A DNA stretch of 64,000 bases from the human T2T-CHM13v2.0 reference genome, Homo sapiens. Below the pieces are notes generated by a model that saw only the letters and a program-made list of their open reading frames with translations, was not told where the DNA came from and ran no database searches. The position numbers were made by a program, and so were the translations under genes. Numbering within the stretch: the first letter of the stretch is position 1; each line of letters starts with the position of its first letter. Location: the NCBI RefSeq assembly GCF_009914755.1, contig NC_060937.1, one strand, 5' to 3'. Shown here piece after piece: positions 26,886-39,700 of this stretch.

Positions 26886-29469
26886 ACCTAAATTAAGGAA
26901 CATTTTTATATCTCATTCTTCTCTGCCACATACTTCAATGATGAATTTGAAAAGCTGAACTCAATTTCAAAGTGGCACATTGTTCCTCATTCTTCTCTAT
27001 GACATTATACAAGGAGCAATTCTCCAAGTTGAGTCAATTTCAAAATGGCATAGTACACTAAAAATTGAATCACATCCTGTAGACTAAGGGGATTTTTGTC
27101 CCTTGTGGAAATATTTCTAACCCAATTGATTTAGATGTCACTCTGTGTTCCAGTGAACTCAGGAAAGTTTTAATTACATAGAAAATATGTTATGATTTCT
27201 CACAGGAAATAATATATGGGAATCAGAGTGTGATTTTGAAAAGAAAAGTATGAAAGAAAATGAGTACCTTGTGAGATTAAGCACTACACCAGCTTGATTC
27301 TATCATACTAATTTATCAAACCCTGTGTTATTAAAGAGAACAGATTTCTTGAGGCTTTGTTCTCCTTACGATTATTATTAGAAAAGCCTATAATGGAGTC
27401 CATGATTCAATAGGAAGTCATATTCTTCTCAGTGTTATTTACCATGAGCGAGGAGAAGGCTGTCTTAATGGGTGCTAGTGAAACCTTAATGAGGAACCCC
27501 TTCTGTACCTGTATTTTCTCTGCATGAAAGCAGCATGGGTGTCAGCAACTGGGGCGTATTCTTTGTTATAAGCCTAGAAGTGCAATTTCCTATAAAACGT
27601 ATATTTTAAAGCCCGCACATAAGGCTTTAAAAATGTCACTTAAAAGGTTACATGCAACAAAAAGTCAAATGGAGAGAGAACTGCAGTGGTGGGCTCTATT
27701 TTCCACCCTGTCATCCCATAGGCTATTATTAGAAATATCAGCAGTCTGCTTTCCAGAGAGAAAGTAAAATTTGACTGCATTCAATATAAATACTTCTGTA
27801 GATTTGCTCAATTTGCCTTAATTTGCTCTCACCTCTGAGTCCCTCTGAAACCAAACTCGCTGGACAATAGGAATGCCTTGTAAAGGTTTCTGCCTTGAAA
27901 CTAAAAAAATAATAATAAATAAAAAATTTAATGACCAGTCAAAGTAATTCTACTTTCATTTACTGGTAAAGTTATGTGGAATTTATAAATCATACGAGAA
28001 CACAATTATGCACTCATAAATCTGAAAATGGACAGGTGATCACACAGATCAGACATTCTCTGTCTTCAATGACACAGAGTTCTTTCTATCCTGTATGACT
28101 GCTCAGTTACCACACGTGCAATGTTTGTTTTTAATGAACCACCACGAAGACCAGATGCCCTTGTAATGGACAGTTGACATCTTCCCAAAGCAAGATGTTT
28201 CCCTTAAAAAGACAGTCAAGATGCATGATCTGGTCATTCGGTGTTATAAATTAAATGGCACTTCCGACTGCCTCACTTTGCATCCGTACAATGCATTTTA
28301 GCTGATTTAAGGCCAAATACAAAGGCCTTCTAGCATAATGGACACTATATATCCCAGTTCCCACTTTTGCTTTCACTAGGGTACCCCTTTATCTCATTAT
28401 TTCCTTCAAGGAGAATGCCAAGTGATACGCTAATGGATCTCCTGCTGTTAGAGGCTCAGTTGGAAACTGAGGCCACTGGCAAAATTATTAGTTAGTAGGT
28501 TTCCACTCAAGATACTGTACCCATTACTTCTCCTTTCGTGTCACAGATAAGCGTGAGCAATACTTTACTGTTTTTACATTTCATGAAATATGTTTCACGT
28601 TAAAGAAACCATTGTCTTAAGCAATGCCGCCAATTCCCAAATCTTACTAAAAACAAAAAATCTAAAACAAACAAACAAAACCCTGGTTAACTTTCACATA
28701 GAATGCCAAATGGCATAACTTTTTACAAATTTTATTCATGTTTATACTTCAAAATAATTTATTTTAAAAACCTGGGCAATTTTTAATAATCATGGCATCT
28801 AGACATCAGAGTAGTTCTGTGACAAACATATTTAACCAGGAATTAAGAAGTGATGTTAATCTGCTCTTTCTTCGTGAATCTTTTTCTTACCTACCTGCTC
28901 CCCCATTAAATTTCATCTCTCTTAGGGAATGCCTTTTTGTATGTTATTATAACTAACAGTGTACTTACAGTCTGTTCTCCAGTACATAAAACTTTACTTA
29001 GAAGAAGTTGTATTTCCTACTTTCTTATCCACGTCTTGTACTCTTACAACCACACAGTGTTGTGCCTGGAGCTGAATTAAATTTCATAAGACTAATGTGC
29101 ACTAAAGAAGAAAAATTTCTGGACATATAATTGAAGGCCAAGTTGACACTATGAAATATGCATATTTATACTAATAGTCAAAACACATCTTCATTTATTT
29201 GACAATTAAGTCCAAGATGCTATTTGTAGGAGTAATACTAATATAGCAGTAATCACTAATACATCATTCTGTTCTCACCCACTGTACACATACTTATTCA
29301 GGCAGACATGACCAAACAAAATCTTTGAGATCTACTTTTAAATACCTATAAAGAATGTATCATATTGTTCTCTATGGCATGGAATCATATATCTGAAAAC
29401 TGAGACTGAGATTTTTGGCAATTTTCTAATTCCAACTAAACTATGCTTTTGATGCATTAGGCTTCAAGT

Positions 29470-30595
29470 CTGATAATTCCTCTTAAGACACAGTTCTGTG
29501 TTTTCTGATTGTCTACTGAACATCACTTGTTGGGCAGTGACTTGCTTTTTCGAAAACCGTCTAAAACTCAGTATCTCCCCTCACCCTTCCAGTTGCTCTC
29601 TCTTCTCACTTTTTATCTTGTCAGAAAGCAACAAATTTTGGAGTCCTTCTCGATAACTCCTTTTTCATTACTGTATTTCAGTTGATCACCAACTCTTATA
29701 AATGCTACTTTAGATAGATATAGATAGAAATGTTTTACAGTTTTTACACTTCATGAAAGATATTCTCTTAAATATATTACTTGAGATATATATGAATGAA
29801 CTATTATATGTATGTGTATGTATTCATTTCCATCTTATTTTCTTTCTGTTTTCAATGAAACTCACATTATCACTTTCTGGATTTGTGTTACAGCTTCTGA
29901 ACTAGTATCTTCGCATTCAAGATCTTCTCACTGTAATCAGTCAAGATACCGTTTCTAAAATATCGATCATTCATCTGTCTATTTGTCTAATCTATCATCT
30001 ATCTCTCTCTCTTCTATGGCTTGGATAGACTCTCTTCGCCTAGTTAGATCAACCCATTTATGCCAGGTGTTCCATTATTGGAACACTAAGCTTGTGAGAG
30101 TTATTGATAGCCTACTGCTCAAGGTCATCGCCAAGGTCTGATTTTTCATAAAAAATTTGCAACCTCTGACATAAATGGGTTAAGTACATTCTCTTACCGT
30201 GACACAAGAGTTACTTGAAACTTTGCTATCTGTCCACTCTTACCTCTGTCCAACTCTTTGAATCCACTGCACAATTCCAGGCAGCATTCTTGTTCACTCA
30301 TTATTCTCTCAAAACACCATGGGGTCTGTGACTTTAGGGCCCTTTCTGAACTATTTTTTCTCCCTGAAATGCTTCAGCATCCCCACCTGACTGGGAAAAC
30401 GCTCAAATATCACCCCCCGTCCAGCAAATTGCATTACACCAGAGGCATTTCTTATAGTACTCAAAAGTCATCTTTGTACAAATATATAATTTTTAACCAT
30501 TAGAGCCCCTAAAAGCAGAAATACTGTTTTTACCATCTTTTTACCTGATGTCCCTGCCATATGGTAAGCTCTCAACAGTATCTTTTGAATGAATA
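29470..30595 (+). mobile_element. L2 LINE fragments, interrupted by MER85
   Basis: Pyrimidine-rich L2 body ending 'ctcaacagtatcttttgaatgaat'. Confidence 0.6.
30053..30179 (+). mobile_element. MER85 (piggyBac PGBD3-related MITE)
   Basis: TIRs CCCATTTATGCC...GACATAAATGGG; flanks TCAA / TTAA; internal palindrome GTTCCATTATTGGAAC at 30069-30084. Confidence 0.93.
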
Positions 30596-30994
30596 ATAGG
30601 GGAAAATATATTTTTCTTATAATCGTCTAATAGGAGGTTTAGATATTTTGCATATACAGGTATGATCTAAATCTGGCATAAAAAGGCAGCCGTTTGAAGA
30701 CAAAAAGGAGTTCTGAAATACGGTTTGTAAAATATATATATATATATTTATACTAGGACATAATTCAACACTCTCATCTCTTAGATGATTGAAGATCAGT
30801 TGTTAAGCAGAAACGTTGAGGATTTATGCTTACTTGACTGGCAGCTGCGGACAGCTACCTAGGTAACTGAACTCAAATCTTCTAGCCTTTTTAATCTAGG
30901 GACCTAAATGTGTAAATATAGTAGTCTTTTGGAAATATTCTCTTATGTTGGAAAAATAGCATTTTTTCTTATTCTTTTGTTGTACTTTCATATA

Positions 30995-31196
30995 TTATTT
31001 TATTTATTTAGAGACAGGGTTTCCCTCTTTTGCCCAGGCTGCAGTGCAGTGGCACCATCATGGCTCACTACCTCATGGGCTCAAGCAATCCTCCCACCTC
31101 AGCCTCCCAGTAGCTGGGACTACAGGCTCACGCCACCACACCTGGCTAATGTTTTTCATTTTTAATAGAGAAGAGGTCCCACTTTGTTGCCCAGAC
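30995..31196 (-). mobile_element. Truncated AluJ
   Basis: 'gggctcaagcaatcctcccacctcagcctcccagtagctgggactacagg'; right arm plus part of left arm. Confidence 0.9.
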
Positions 31197-31243
31197 TTCA
31201 AATATTTTTAATGCATAAGTAATAATAAGACCTGCCAAGATTG

Positions 31244-31297
31244 TGCTTGCTATACTGGAGACCTGGGTTGAAGACCTGCTTGCTATACTGGAGACCT
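31244..31297. repeat. 21-bp direct repeat, period 33
   Basis: TGCTTGCTATACTGGAGACCT at 31244-31264 and 31277-31297. Confidence 0.9.
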
Positions 31298-33691
31298 TAT
31301 GCACATGCCTTCCGACTGTGTAGGGGTGGCTCCCATTATTTTACAAATGAGGACCAGACTCTGAGAATATAAAACTATAATAATGAGTCATATATTTTAA
31401 ATGGGGAAAATTATCTTTTATGACAGCAGCTAAATGATCACCTTAGTTTTGATTTTTAGTTCGTTGAATTATGAGAAAATTACTTCCAAAATTTGGTAAA
31501 CATAGCAGAAACAATGCCACTGAGTTTACTAAATATCCAGAATTCAGAGAGTAAGTCCCTCTTGAGAGCTTTTTATTACAGAGGGAAGCATGAACAACCA
31601 GGATGCACAGCAGGACTCGCTCCTGAAAATCACTTGGCTGGCCAATTGCATTGACTAGTCATGCACAGGCTTGCCGAGACCTCAAGCAGCAAGACAATTG
31701 GTTTTCTTTATGATAAGCCTCTACATATGCTTGCTGAAATCAAATCAAGAGAGAATTCATCTCACTTGATGCAGATTATATATATAGCCAGAAATATTAG
31801 AAGTATTTCATGAGTACCTTTTTATTTTTCAAAGCCAACCAGAAAAACATCAGTTAAGCCACATAATTCTCTCTCGTGCCACAGCCTCTCTCTGACTCTG
31901 TCTTCTTCAATCTCCCCTTCAAAGACTTAAAAAAGATAAAAACTCCTACAGGTTTCAGAAATTACAATGATGCATGTTTTCATCCTCCACATGTCATAGT
32001 CTACAAAGTATAAATTTATATGTTAATAAAAGTAAATTATACCTATTGTATTATCAAAGATGTTTGGTTGACAAAACATCTTTGCATATGCTATTTAATT
32101 TAAAATGAGTTTAATGTGCCACATCAGGGTATTATAAGTGTCTGTAATAGGATATCAGCATTTTAAACGCTCTGGTGGCAAATACTATATCTATCTCTGT
32201 ATCCATCTCCATATCTGTCTATCTGTCTATCCTTCCATCCATCCATACACACATATATTTGACTGATTCATCTCTGCCTTTACGTCCTTGGGTAATTCAA
32301 CTCCTGTGTGATGCTTCTGGATTCTGGTTTCTGAGGAAGGAAATATAAGAGTATGGGCATGAAGGTCCTGTCCTTGGCTGATATCTGCAGAGAAGCCTTT
32401 ATAATTTTTTTCCTACTCTCTTCTGTCTTCCCTTCTCTCCCCTTCCTAAGGAACCCACCTCCCTAATAACACTCCCAACCTCTATATTTTCCCCATGTAG
32501 GCATTCTCCAGAACTACTGATCCTCTCTTACTTTCTCTTTCATTCTGTCCCACCTTTTAATGGCCTCCGTATCCTGTCTCCAATTATCTCTGTAGACTAA
32601 TGTCACTTGCTCCTACTCCCTCAACAAACACAACAACAAAAAGTAAAAAATCCAAATTTTAGCTACATTTCATTCATTAGGCTTAAAGACTAAATTTGGT
32701 ATCACTTATGTTTAACCAGATTATAATGCAAGCACACATAGTTATATATAAGAAAAATCTGAAAGTAAACATTGCATTTTGAAATGAATGAGGGAATAAA
32801 TGGAATATGATTATTGTATCTTGAGTTCTCTAGAGGAAAAACAAGCCCAGAAAAAGACGGAAATGAAGGCAGAAATTTTTATAACAAGCCTCATGAAAAA
32901 AAAAAAAAAGGAATGGCAAGGTGTGTGGATTTCACTTGGTGCAGCTCCCTTAAAAATTAGCATGTGTCTTCAGGGAGGATTAGCATGCAAAGTAAGACAT
33001 GATGCATTTTTAGAAAGAGAGAATAGTTGGTCTGGTGATCTTAAATTCATGCCCCTCTTTTTTGTGTTTTATTTTTGGAAACAGTCTTTGTTTATAAGAG
33101 AAAGAATGTCTGAAGAGCGTATTCAGATGAAATAAACATGCTTTTATATTTTCATATAAAGGAAGAAAATTTTAGGAGTTAGTGACTTTTAAAATAAGTG
33201 TTTAAAGCTCTTCATGTATATGAAATACATATATAAAACACAATATAAGATGTTCTGAAAATAACATAAAATATTTTTAAAAATTGTGTCAGAGTACTCA
33301 AGAACTCATAGATAATTGCTGACCCTGAGAAAATCACGCATCTCTTCACTCCACAGTCACCTCACCAAGACAAGGAATAACTAGAATTGATCATTTCTGA
33401 GGTCATTTCAAGCTCAGTTTTTCTATCATAATGCACCATTTTATAGATGATCTTTGTGAATGACCATTCTGTTTTTGATGCTAAAATATTAGCCTATCAC
33501 TTATTTTATTCCTGTCCAAGTTATTTACCTCCTACTCTGGTCTTTGTGATATCGTACATCCTGGTCCTCATAAATACCACATTAAACCCGTATAAACTTA
33601 TTTTCTCTTTTATTTCCTCTTTATTAATAACAGTGTAAAAACAAATCCAGTTTTTTAACTTTATTATACATTTGTCCAATATTTTATTTTT

Positions 33692-33987
33692 CATATATAT
33701 GTGTGTGTATATATATATATATATATGAAACACATATATATGGAAAATATATATATTTATATATGGATATATATATATTCTATATATATGGATATACATA
33801 CATATCCTGTTTTACCAAATTGGTCTCATATATTTGCTCACATATATGTGTGTGTATGTGTGTGTGTATATATATATATGAAACACATATATATGGAAAA
33901 TATATATATTTATATATGGATATATATATTCTGTATATATGGATATACATACATACATCCTGTTTTACCAAATTGATCTATTTGCTT
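33692..33987. repeat. ~150-bp tandem duplication of a TA-rich unit
   Basis: 'gaaacacatatatatggaaaatatatatatttatatatggatat...atcctgttttaccaaattg' occurs twice (GAAACAC at 33727 and 33880). Confidence 0.92.
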
Positions 33988-34271
33988 TAGATACTATTAT
34001 GTGCAGAGTTATTTGAATTTTCATATTTTAAAATAATCAAGATACATGTATCACGAATACTTTAGTCCTTTATGAAATTGTGTAGAATTACCAGGCTGAT
34101 ACCAGGTAGAGAACATCAACTGATTAATCAACAAGCATTTATTCACCAGAAAAAATGTATTTAGTGACAGACCTCTGGAAAGGGAGGCAAAGATGGTGGG
34201 GAGGCAGTGACTAACTGCCTAGTTTACTCTCCTCCCCCTTCTACATATTTATATTCCATCTAGAAAAGGTT

Positions 34272-34412
34272 CAGGGGTGATGAGAAATTACTTAATGGGT
34301 ACAATGTATGTTACACTGGTGATGGATACCCTAAAGCCCATATTTCACCACTACACAAGCTATGCATGTAACAAAATTGCACTTGTACTCCATCAATTTA
34401 TTAAAAAATAAA
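34272..34412 (+). mobile_element. L1MA-type extreme 3' end
   Basis: 'gatgagaaattacttaatgggtacaatgta...catgtaacaaaattgcacttgtactccat' plus A tail. Confidence 0.85.
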
Positions 34413-35164
34413 AGGCAAATGTAAGCATGAATTTTTTAAAAAATTAATGTATATGAACATGTCAGAAAATAATTTTTTTCCAAAATGTAGTATTTGCAAC
34501 AGAAGCTTAGGAGAAGGGGAAAAGATCTTGGAGTAACATAAAATACTTAGGAAGTGGGACTTCAGCTAATGTGCAAAGGATTCAGAAAACCAGACAAAAG
34601 GAGGAACACAAATGGGAAATGATATGAAAACAGATGGAAAGGTAGTGGGTTTTTTCCACATTTCAGGGAGAGAAGGCTTAAGAAGGAGCAGAGGCAGAAC
34701 TGCTGTGGTGAAAAATGTTGGGAGAATCAAGAAAAGTCAGCAATTCTCTCATCAAGAAGGAAGACAGACAGACCTAAAGGGAAAAATGCAGTGTTGATGT
34801 CACATGCTATAGCACTCTACAGAGAGCAAATGGTCTACAATGGGAACTGGATATAATGAGGGAATTACAGTCAACTTTAAGTAGAACTGTTTTAGGAAAG
34901 TGCTAGGAATAAGTCCCACAAGTAGGAGTATAAGATTATAGTTACACAAACAAGCTGAAGGGTGACAGGTATATTTGTAAATTACCTTTTCTACTTCCTA
35001 TTAATCTACATCACAAGCATTAGTACACACAAGCAATAATTAATATGTTTTGGCCAAATACGAATATGTGAGTATCTTCACAATTGGTGTTCCCTCTATA
35101 AACTGGTGGGCTTTTGACTTTCACACACCTGCAAACTCAAATTCCTTTAGGTATTGATATTTAC

Positions 35165-35519
35165 TATATTAGTTCATCCTCATACTGCTATGAAGACATA
35201 CCTGAGACTGGGTAATTTATAAAGGAAAGGGGTTTAATTTACTCACAGTTCCTCATGGCTCGGGAGGCCTCAGGAAACTTACAGTCATGGCAGAAGGGGC
35301 AGCAAACATGTCCTTCTTCACATGATGGCAGGAGAGAGAAGTGCCAAGCAAAGGGGGAAACACTCCTTAAAAAAAATCAGATCTCTTGAAAACTCACTAT
35401 CATGAGAACAGCAACATAGGGGTAACCACCTCCCACTGGGCCCCTCTCATGACATGCAGGGATTATGGGAACTACAATTCAGGATGAGATTTTGGTGGGG
35501 ACACAGCAAAACCGTATCA
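35165..35519 (-). mobile_element. THE1-family MaLR solo LTR
   Basis: 'tacctgagactgggtaatttataaaggaaa...gatgagattttggtggggacacagcaaaaccgtatca'; 5-bp TSD TTTAC at 35160-35164 and 35520-35524. Confidence 0.95.
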
Positions 35520-35539
35520 TTTACCCTTTAAGGCTAGCA

Positions 35540-35770
35540 TAAGTTTCTAATGTGTTCTCTGTATGCAAGCCACTATTTACTAGCTGATTATCCTTGGACA
35601 ATTCTCTTAGCCTTTCTAAACTTCAATTCCTCCATCCATAAAATGGGAATGATAATAATTGTAATGAACCTGTAGCTTTGTTTGAAAAATCAAACATAGC
35701 CATGCATGGACGACACTTAGCCCCATAAGCCGCACATGACTGTTACTTAACGTTAGTTGCAGTTATTAGC
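35540..35770 (+). mobile_element. MIR SINE
   Basis: 'ccactatttactagctga...ttcctccatccataaaatgggaatgataat'. Confidence 0.75.
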
Positions 35771-36024
35771 AATAGTTCCTATCAAAGCACAACCTACTAG
35801 TTGCACAGTTAATTGATTGGCTTGAATAGGGAATAGAAGCCTATCCCAAATTTGCAAGTATAATTTGGTCTTCTATAGCTTATTCAGTTATTAAATCCTA
35901 AACCTCAATAAAATTGGGGGATGTTTAGTAAGAAAAATCACATAAGTGAGCTGTAAAGAAAAGCATTTTACAGAAGTGAGAAAAGTATTTTATGGAAGGG
36001 AAAATAAATAGGGGAAGCTACCTA

Positions 36025-36102
36025 TTAGGTTGGTGCAAAAGTAATTGCGGCTTTTGCCACTAGAAGTAATGGCAAAAACCATGATTACTTTTGCACCAGC
36101 CT
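36025..36102. mobile_element. MADE1 (Hsmar1 MITE) copy 2
   Basis: TA then 'ttaggttggtgcaaaagtaattgcggcttttgcc...ggcaaaaaccatgattacttttgcaccagcct'. Confidence 0.95.
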
Positions 36103-36895
36103 GCCCTCATCAGTGCACTTGGAATCTGCACCAAAAGAAGCATGAAGCAGGTGAATCACATCCCTCCTGCACAGCGAAGAAGCAGAAGCTGTCACTACAT
36201 CACACGGCCGAATTATTGAATCCATTACCCAGAATAACTTGATCAAAACCAAAGCCGCCAAACAAGATATAAACTGAAATAAAATATAGCTGAGTTTGCT
36301 CGAGCATCCATTCATTGAAAGCTTTAAAACAAACACAAATCGTTTGGAATTGTCTGGTACCAATACTATAGAACTCACAATATGGAACATTTCTTCATTG
36401 TATGGTTTTAAAAGATTGATTTGTGGGTGCCCCATCTAGACACTGATCAAGAAGACTAACATTTAACCATTTATTTTCAAGGAAAAAATGCTAAAAGATA
36501 AACCCTTTTCACTATTTCTAATTCTAGCTTCTTCTATATCATAGTCCATTTGTTCAGCTTTCTGATTGCTTTTTGAAGCAACAGATGCTTCTTACTTTTT
36601 AACTCTTCTTGTACAATTTTGTATGGTAAAGGGAAATAGACTTTAAAGTACAAAATTATAGTATTATTTAAATCAGTCTTAATTTTATAATATACTTGGT
36701 AGCCTCTATACTTTTTTCCAGTACAGCAAAGTTATTTTCTATTTTTCTTAATACTGCCCAGTATTTAAATTTCACCTTTTCTCGCACTTAAAAGTACATA
36801 ATATATGAGGTAAACCTGATCCATTGATTTAATTTTGTTGTCTTCTTATGAGACTATGCTAATCTATATTATATATATTATATTATATTATATTA

Positions 36896-37214
36896 TAGTC
36901 ATGATCCACATGAAGACATTTTAGTCAATAATGAGCCACATTAAGAACAGTGGTCCCATAAGATCATAATGTAGCAGAAAAATTCCTATCATGTAAATAT
37001 TATCACTGTGTTGCAACTGCCTACGGTATCAGTACAGTAAGATGCTATACAGATTTGCAGCCTAGGAGCATTAGGCTATACCATATAGCCTAGGTGTATC
37101 ATAGATTATAACACCTCATTTTGCTTAAACACACTCTATGATGCTGGCATGACAAAATCAGCTAAGGATGTATTTCTCAGAACATATCTTTGTTGTTAAG
37201 CAATGCATAACTGT
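36896..37214. mobile_element. Tigger3/MER7-type DNA transposon deletion derivative
   Basis: 'gtggtcccataagatcataat...cagcctaggagcattaggctataccatatagcctaggtgt...tttctcagaacatatc...gttaagcaatgcataactgta'. Confidence 0.85.
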
Positions 37215-38193
37215 ATATTGTATTTGTTGTGTGTGTGTGTATATATATATATAATTTATTAAGGAAAACTTTATTTGTTAAGTTGTTGGGGAATTTTATT
37301 CATGATGTAATTATTCTATTTGGGGAATTTTTATTATATTTCTCCTATACTTACAACTCAAACCATAACCAAACCACAACATAAATCTACTACTATTTCA
37401 AGGTACTTCCTTCCAAAAAGAAAAGCCTTCTCTGTGTTATATTCTAACCCCCCTAAAATGCTGCTACCTGAAGATCCCTGTGTAAACAGGCTTTAAAATC
37501 TTATTTTCTTCCTTTAGTGAACAATTAAGCTCTCAGTCAACGAACACTGCTGTGGCAGATTCATTATCCTTTTTGCCAAAAAGTACTGTACCTGACTGCC
37601 ACGTGCTAGTGTGTCCAGTGCAGCCTGTGCATTCGACTGAAGCCCCTCTTTCTGCAGATCATTTTATCTTCCAACCCATGTTGGAACCAAAAGTATGCAA
37701 ATGGGAGGGCTGAACCAGCCACAAATAATCCAATAAAGAGTCGCATGTGGGATGCTAAAATGCAAGTTTTTGAGAAGAAACTGAGTAATGATCTAGAAGT
37801 CTTATAAACCTACACATGTTACATGGGATCCAAAGGACCATCCCATTCTCTGTCTACCTCATCCATTTTCCTTACTTGTCTAATGTTCACTGGCATTTTA
37901 GCTTGTGATTCTTGACTTAGAGAGTCAAATTAGCCTTAGAAACGTCACCATGGTGAGTGCAAAGATGAAAACTCAACAGATTTGGTTTTAACAACTCTGT
38001 ACCATACAGTGCCTTAATGACCGTAAGTCATCTTCCTGAGTTCAACTTTCCTCATAAGTGACATCTAAAAACGACATCATCTGTTCCTGCTAGAGTGTTT
38101 ATGGAAATCAAACATAGCAATGAACCTATATATGAAAGCACTTGGAGTATATATCCCTATCTATATAAAGATTTATATATATATATATATATA

Positions 38194-38241
38194 ATTTAAG
38201 ATGAACATTGGGAGATATTATTTAAGATGAACATTGGCAGA
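38194..38241. repeat. Short tandem duplication, period 26
   Basis: ATTTAAGATGAACATTGG at 38194 and 38220, next to a (TA)n run. Confidence 0.85.
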
Positions 38242-38379
38242 CTGCTTCTACCTTCCATGAAAGTGGTATCATTTATTTCCAGGAGTAGATTATTTTTTTG
38301 TTTAGCAAAACATATTACTAGACCTGTTTGTTTATGGGAGTGGAGAACTCCCACTGAGTAACCTAGGTAAGGAAAGTAT

Positions 38380-38920
38380 GATTCATTCATTCATTCATTC
38401 ATTCAACAAGTATTTATTGCATGCTGACTATATGCTGGACACCACTCAAGGTGCTGGAGGATAGCAGCGAATGAGGCAGAGGATGTCCCTGCTTGAAGGA
38501 GTCTCATAACTTGGGATAGGACAGAGGGAGAAGAGGATAAGGGACAATCACAAAGTGAGCTTATTGCTGAATAAGACAGTTTCAGAGAGTGATGCAAGCT
38601 TTGAAGGAAAAACTAATAACAGTACAAACAGCAATGAGGCAAGAGAGTAGCTGAGAAAGTTTCTACAGTAGAGTCAGGAAGACCTCTCTGAAGAGCTGGT
38701 ACCTGAATCATTCAGAAGACAGCTATCTGAAGATTTTGGAGAAAAGCTCTCTGGGCAGAGGAACTGGGCTAGGCAAGGGCTGTGGGATGGGATCGAGATC
38801 CATTCGACTGAAGCACTCCAGAAGGCTAGTGAGGCTGGAGAACAGTGGGCTACAGGAAGGTGATGAGTGGTGACTTCACAGATGTAAGTGGGGCCAGATC
38901 TCGCAAAGATGGAAGAATCA
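38380..38920 (-). mobile_element. L2 LINE 3' end
   Basis: '(attc)n aacaagtatttattgcatgctgactatatgctggac' is the reverse L2 tail. Confidence 0.85.
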
Positions 38921-39229
38921 GAGACACTGATGGCTGACGTCTGGCTTCCCTATATGCACATAACATGTAAATGCTTTTCATCAACAGGAGCTCAATAAAG
39001 AATTGCTGATTGATTATTATTACAACAGCTGATGGATTACAGTACATCCTCAATAAAAGCAAATTGTTCTCCTGAGAGAAATAATGAAAAAAAGCTGCTC
39101 CTATGAAGAGATAATTTACTTAATATAAGGTATTTATTTTGTTGGAAGTCAAATGGAATCCTTCTAATCCATCCTCCATGGCAGCTCAACTGACTTGCAA
39201 GGCAAAGTCTAATGCCATTCCCCTCTGCT

Positions 39230-39700
39230 CTTTCATAGTATATGGCCTGCAAGCTGCAGCCTGAAATACAAGACCCTGCAGTGATCTGATCCCTGCCAAC
39301 TTTTTCAAACGCATCTCTCAACAAACTCACCTTCCTTTCTCCCCGATGACCCAGCCAAAAAAAACACGATAGTTCTGTAGACACTCCATGCCATGCACGC
39401 ATTTGCTCATAGTATTTACTCATCCTGGAGTGTCCTTGCACTTTACCTCCAACTTACACTTTAAAAAAGTCAGCTAAATTTGTGCTTTGAATTTTTATCT
39501 AAAACACTTCCCTAACTACCCTGTCTGTACTAGCTGTTCCACTCCACGCCCTGTGCCCTGATTGCAGCCTGTGCATAGCCCCATACCACTGTGTGTTTAG
39601 GAATGTATGCTCTCCTTCTCAGACCCCAGGCTTCTTCAGGACACAGGTTTGGGGTGTATAAATCCTGGAATCACTAGCACTAAACAAACACTGACAAAGA
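39230..39700 (+). mobile_element. L2 LINE fragment
   Basis: 'caagaccctgcagtgatctgatccctgcc...gcatttgctcatagt'. Confidence 0.55.

Noticed and set aside
33521-33990. Tyr/Ile-rich ORFs
   Set aside because: Translation of TA-rich repeats
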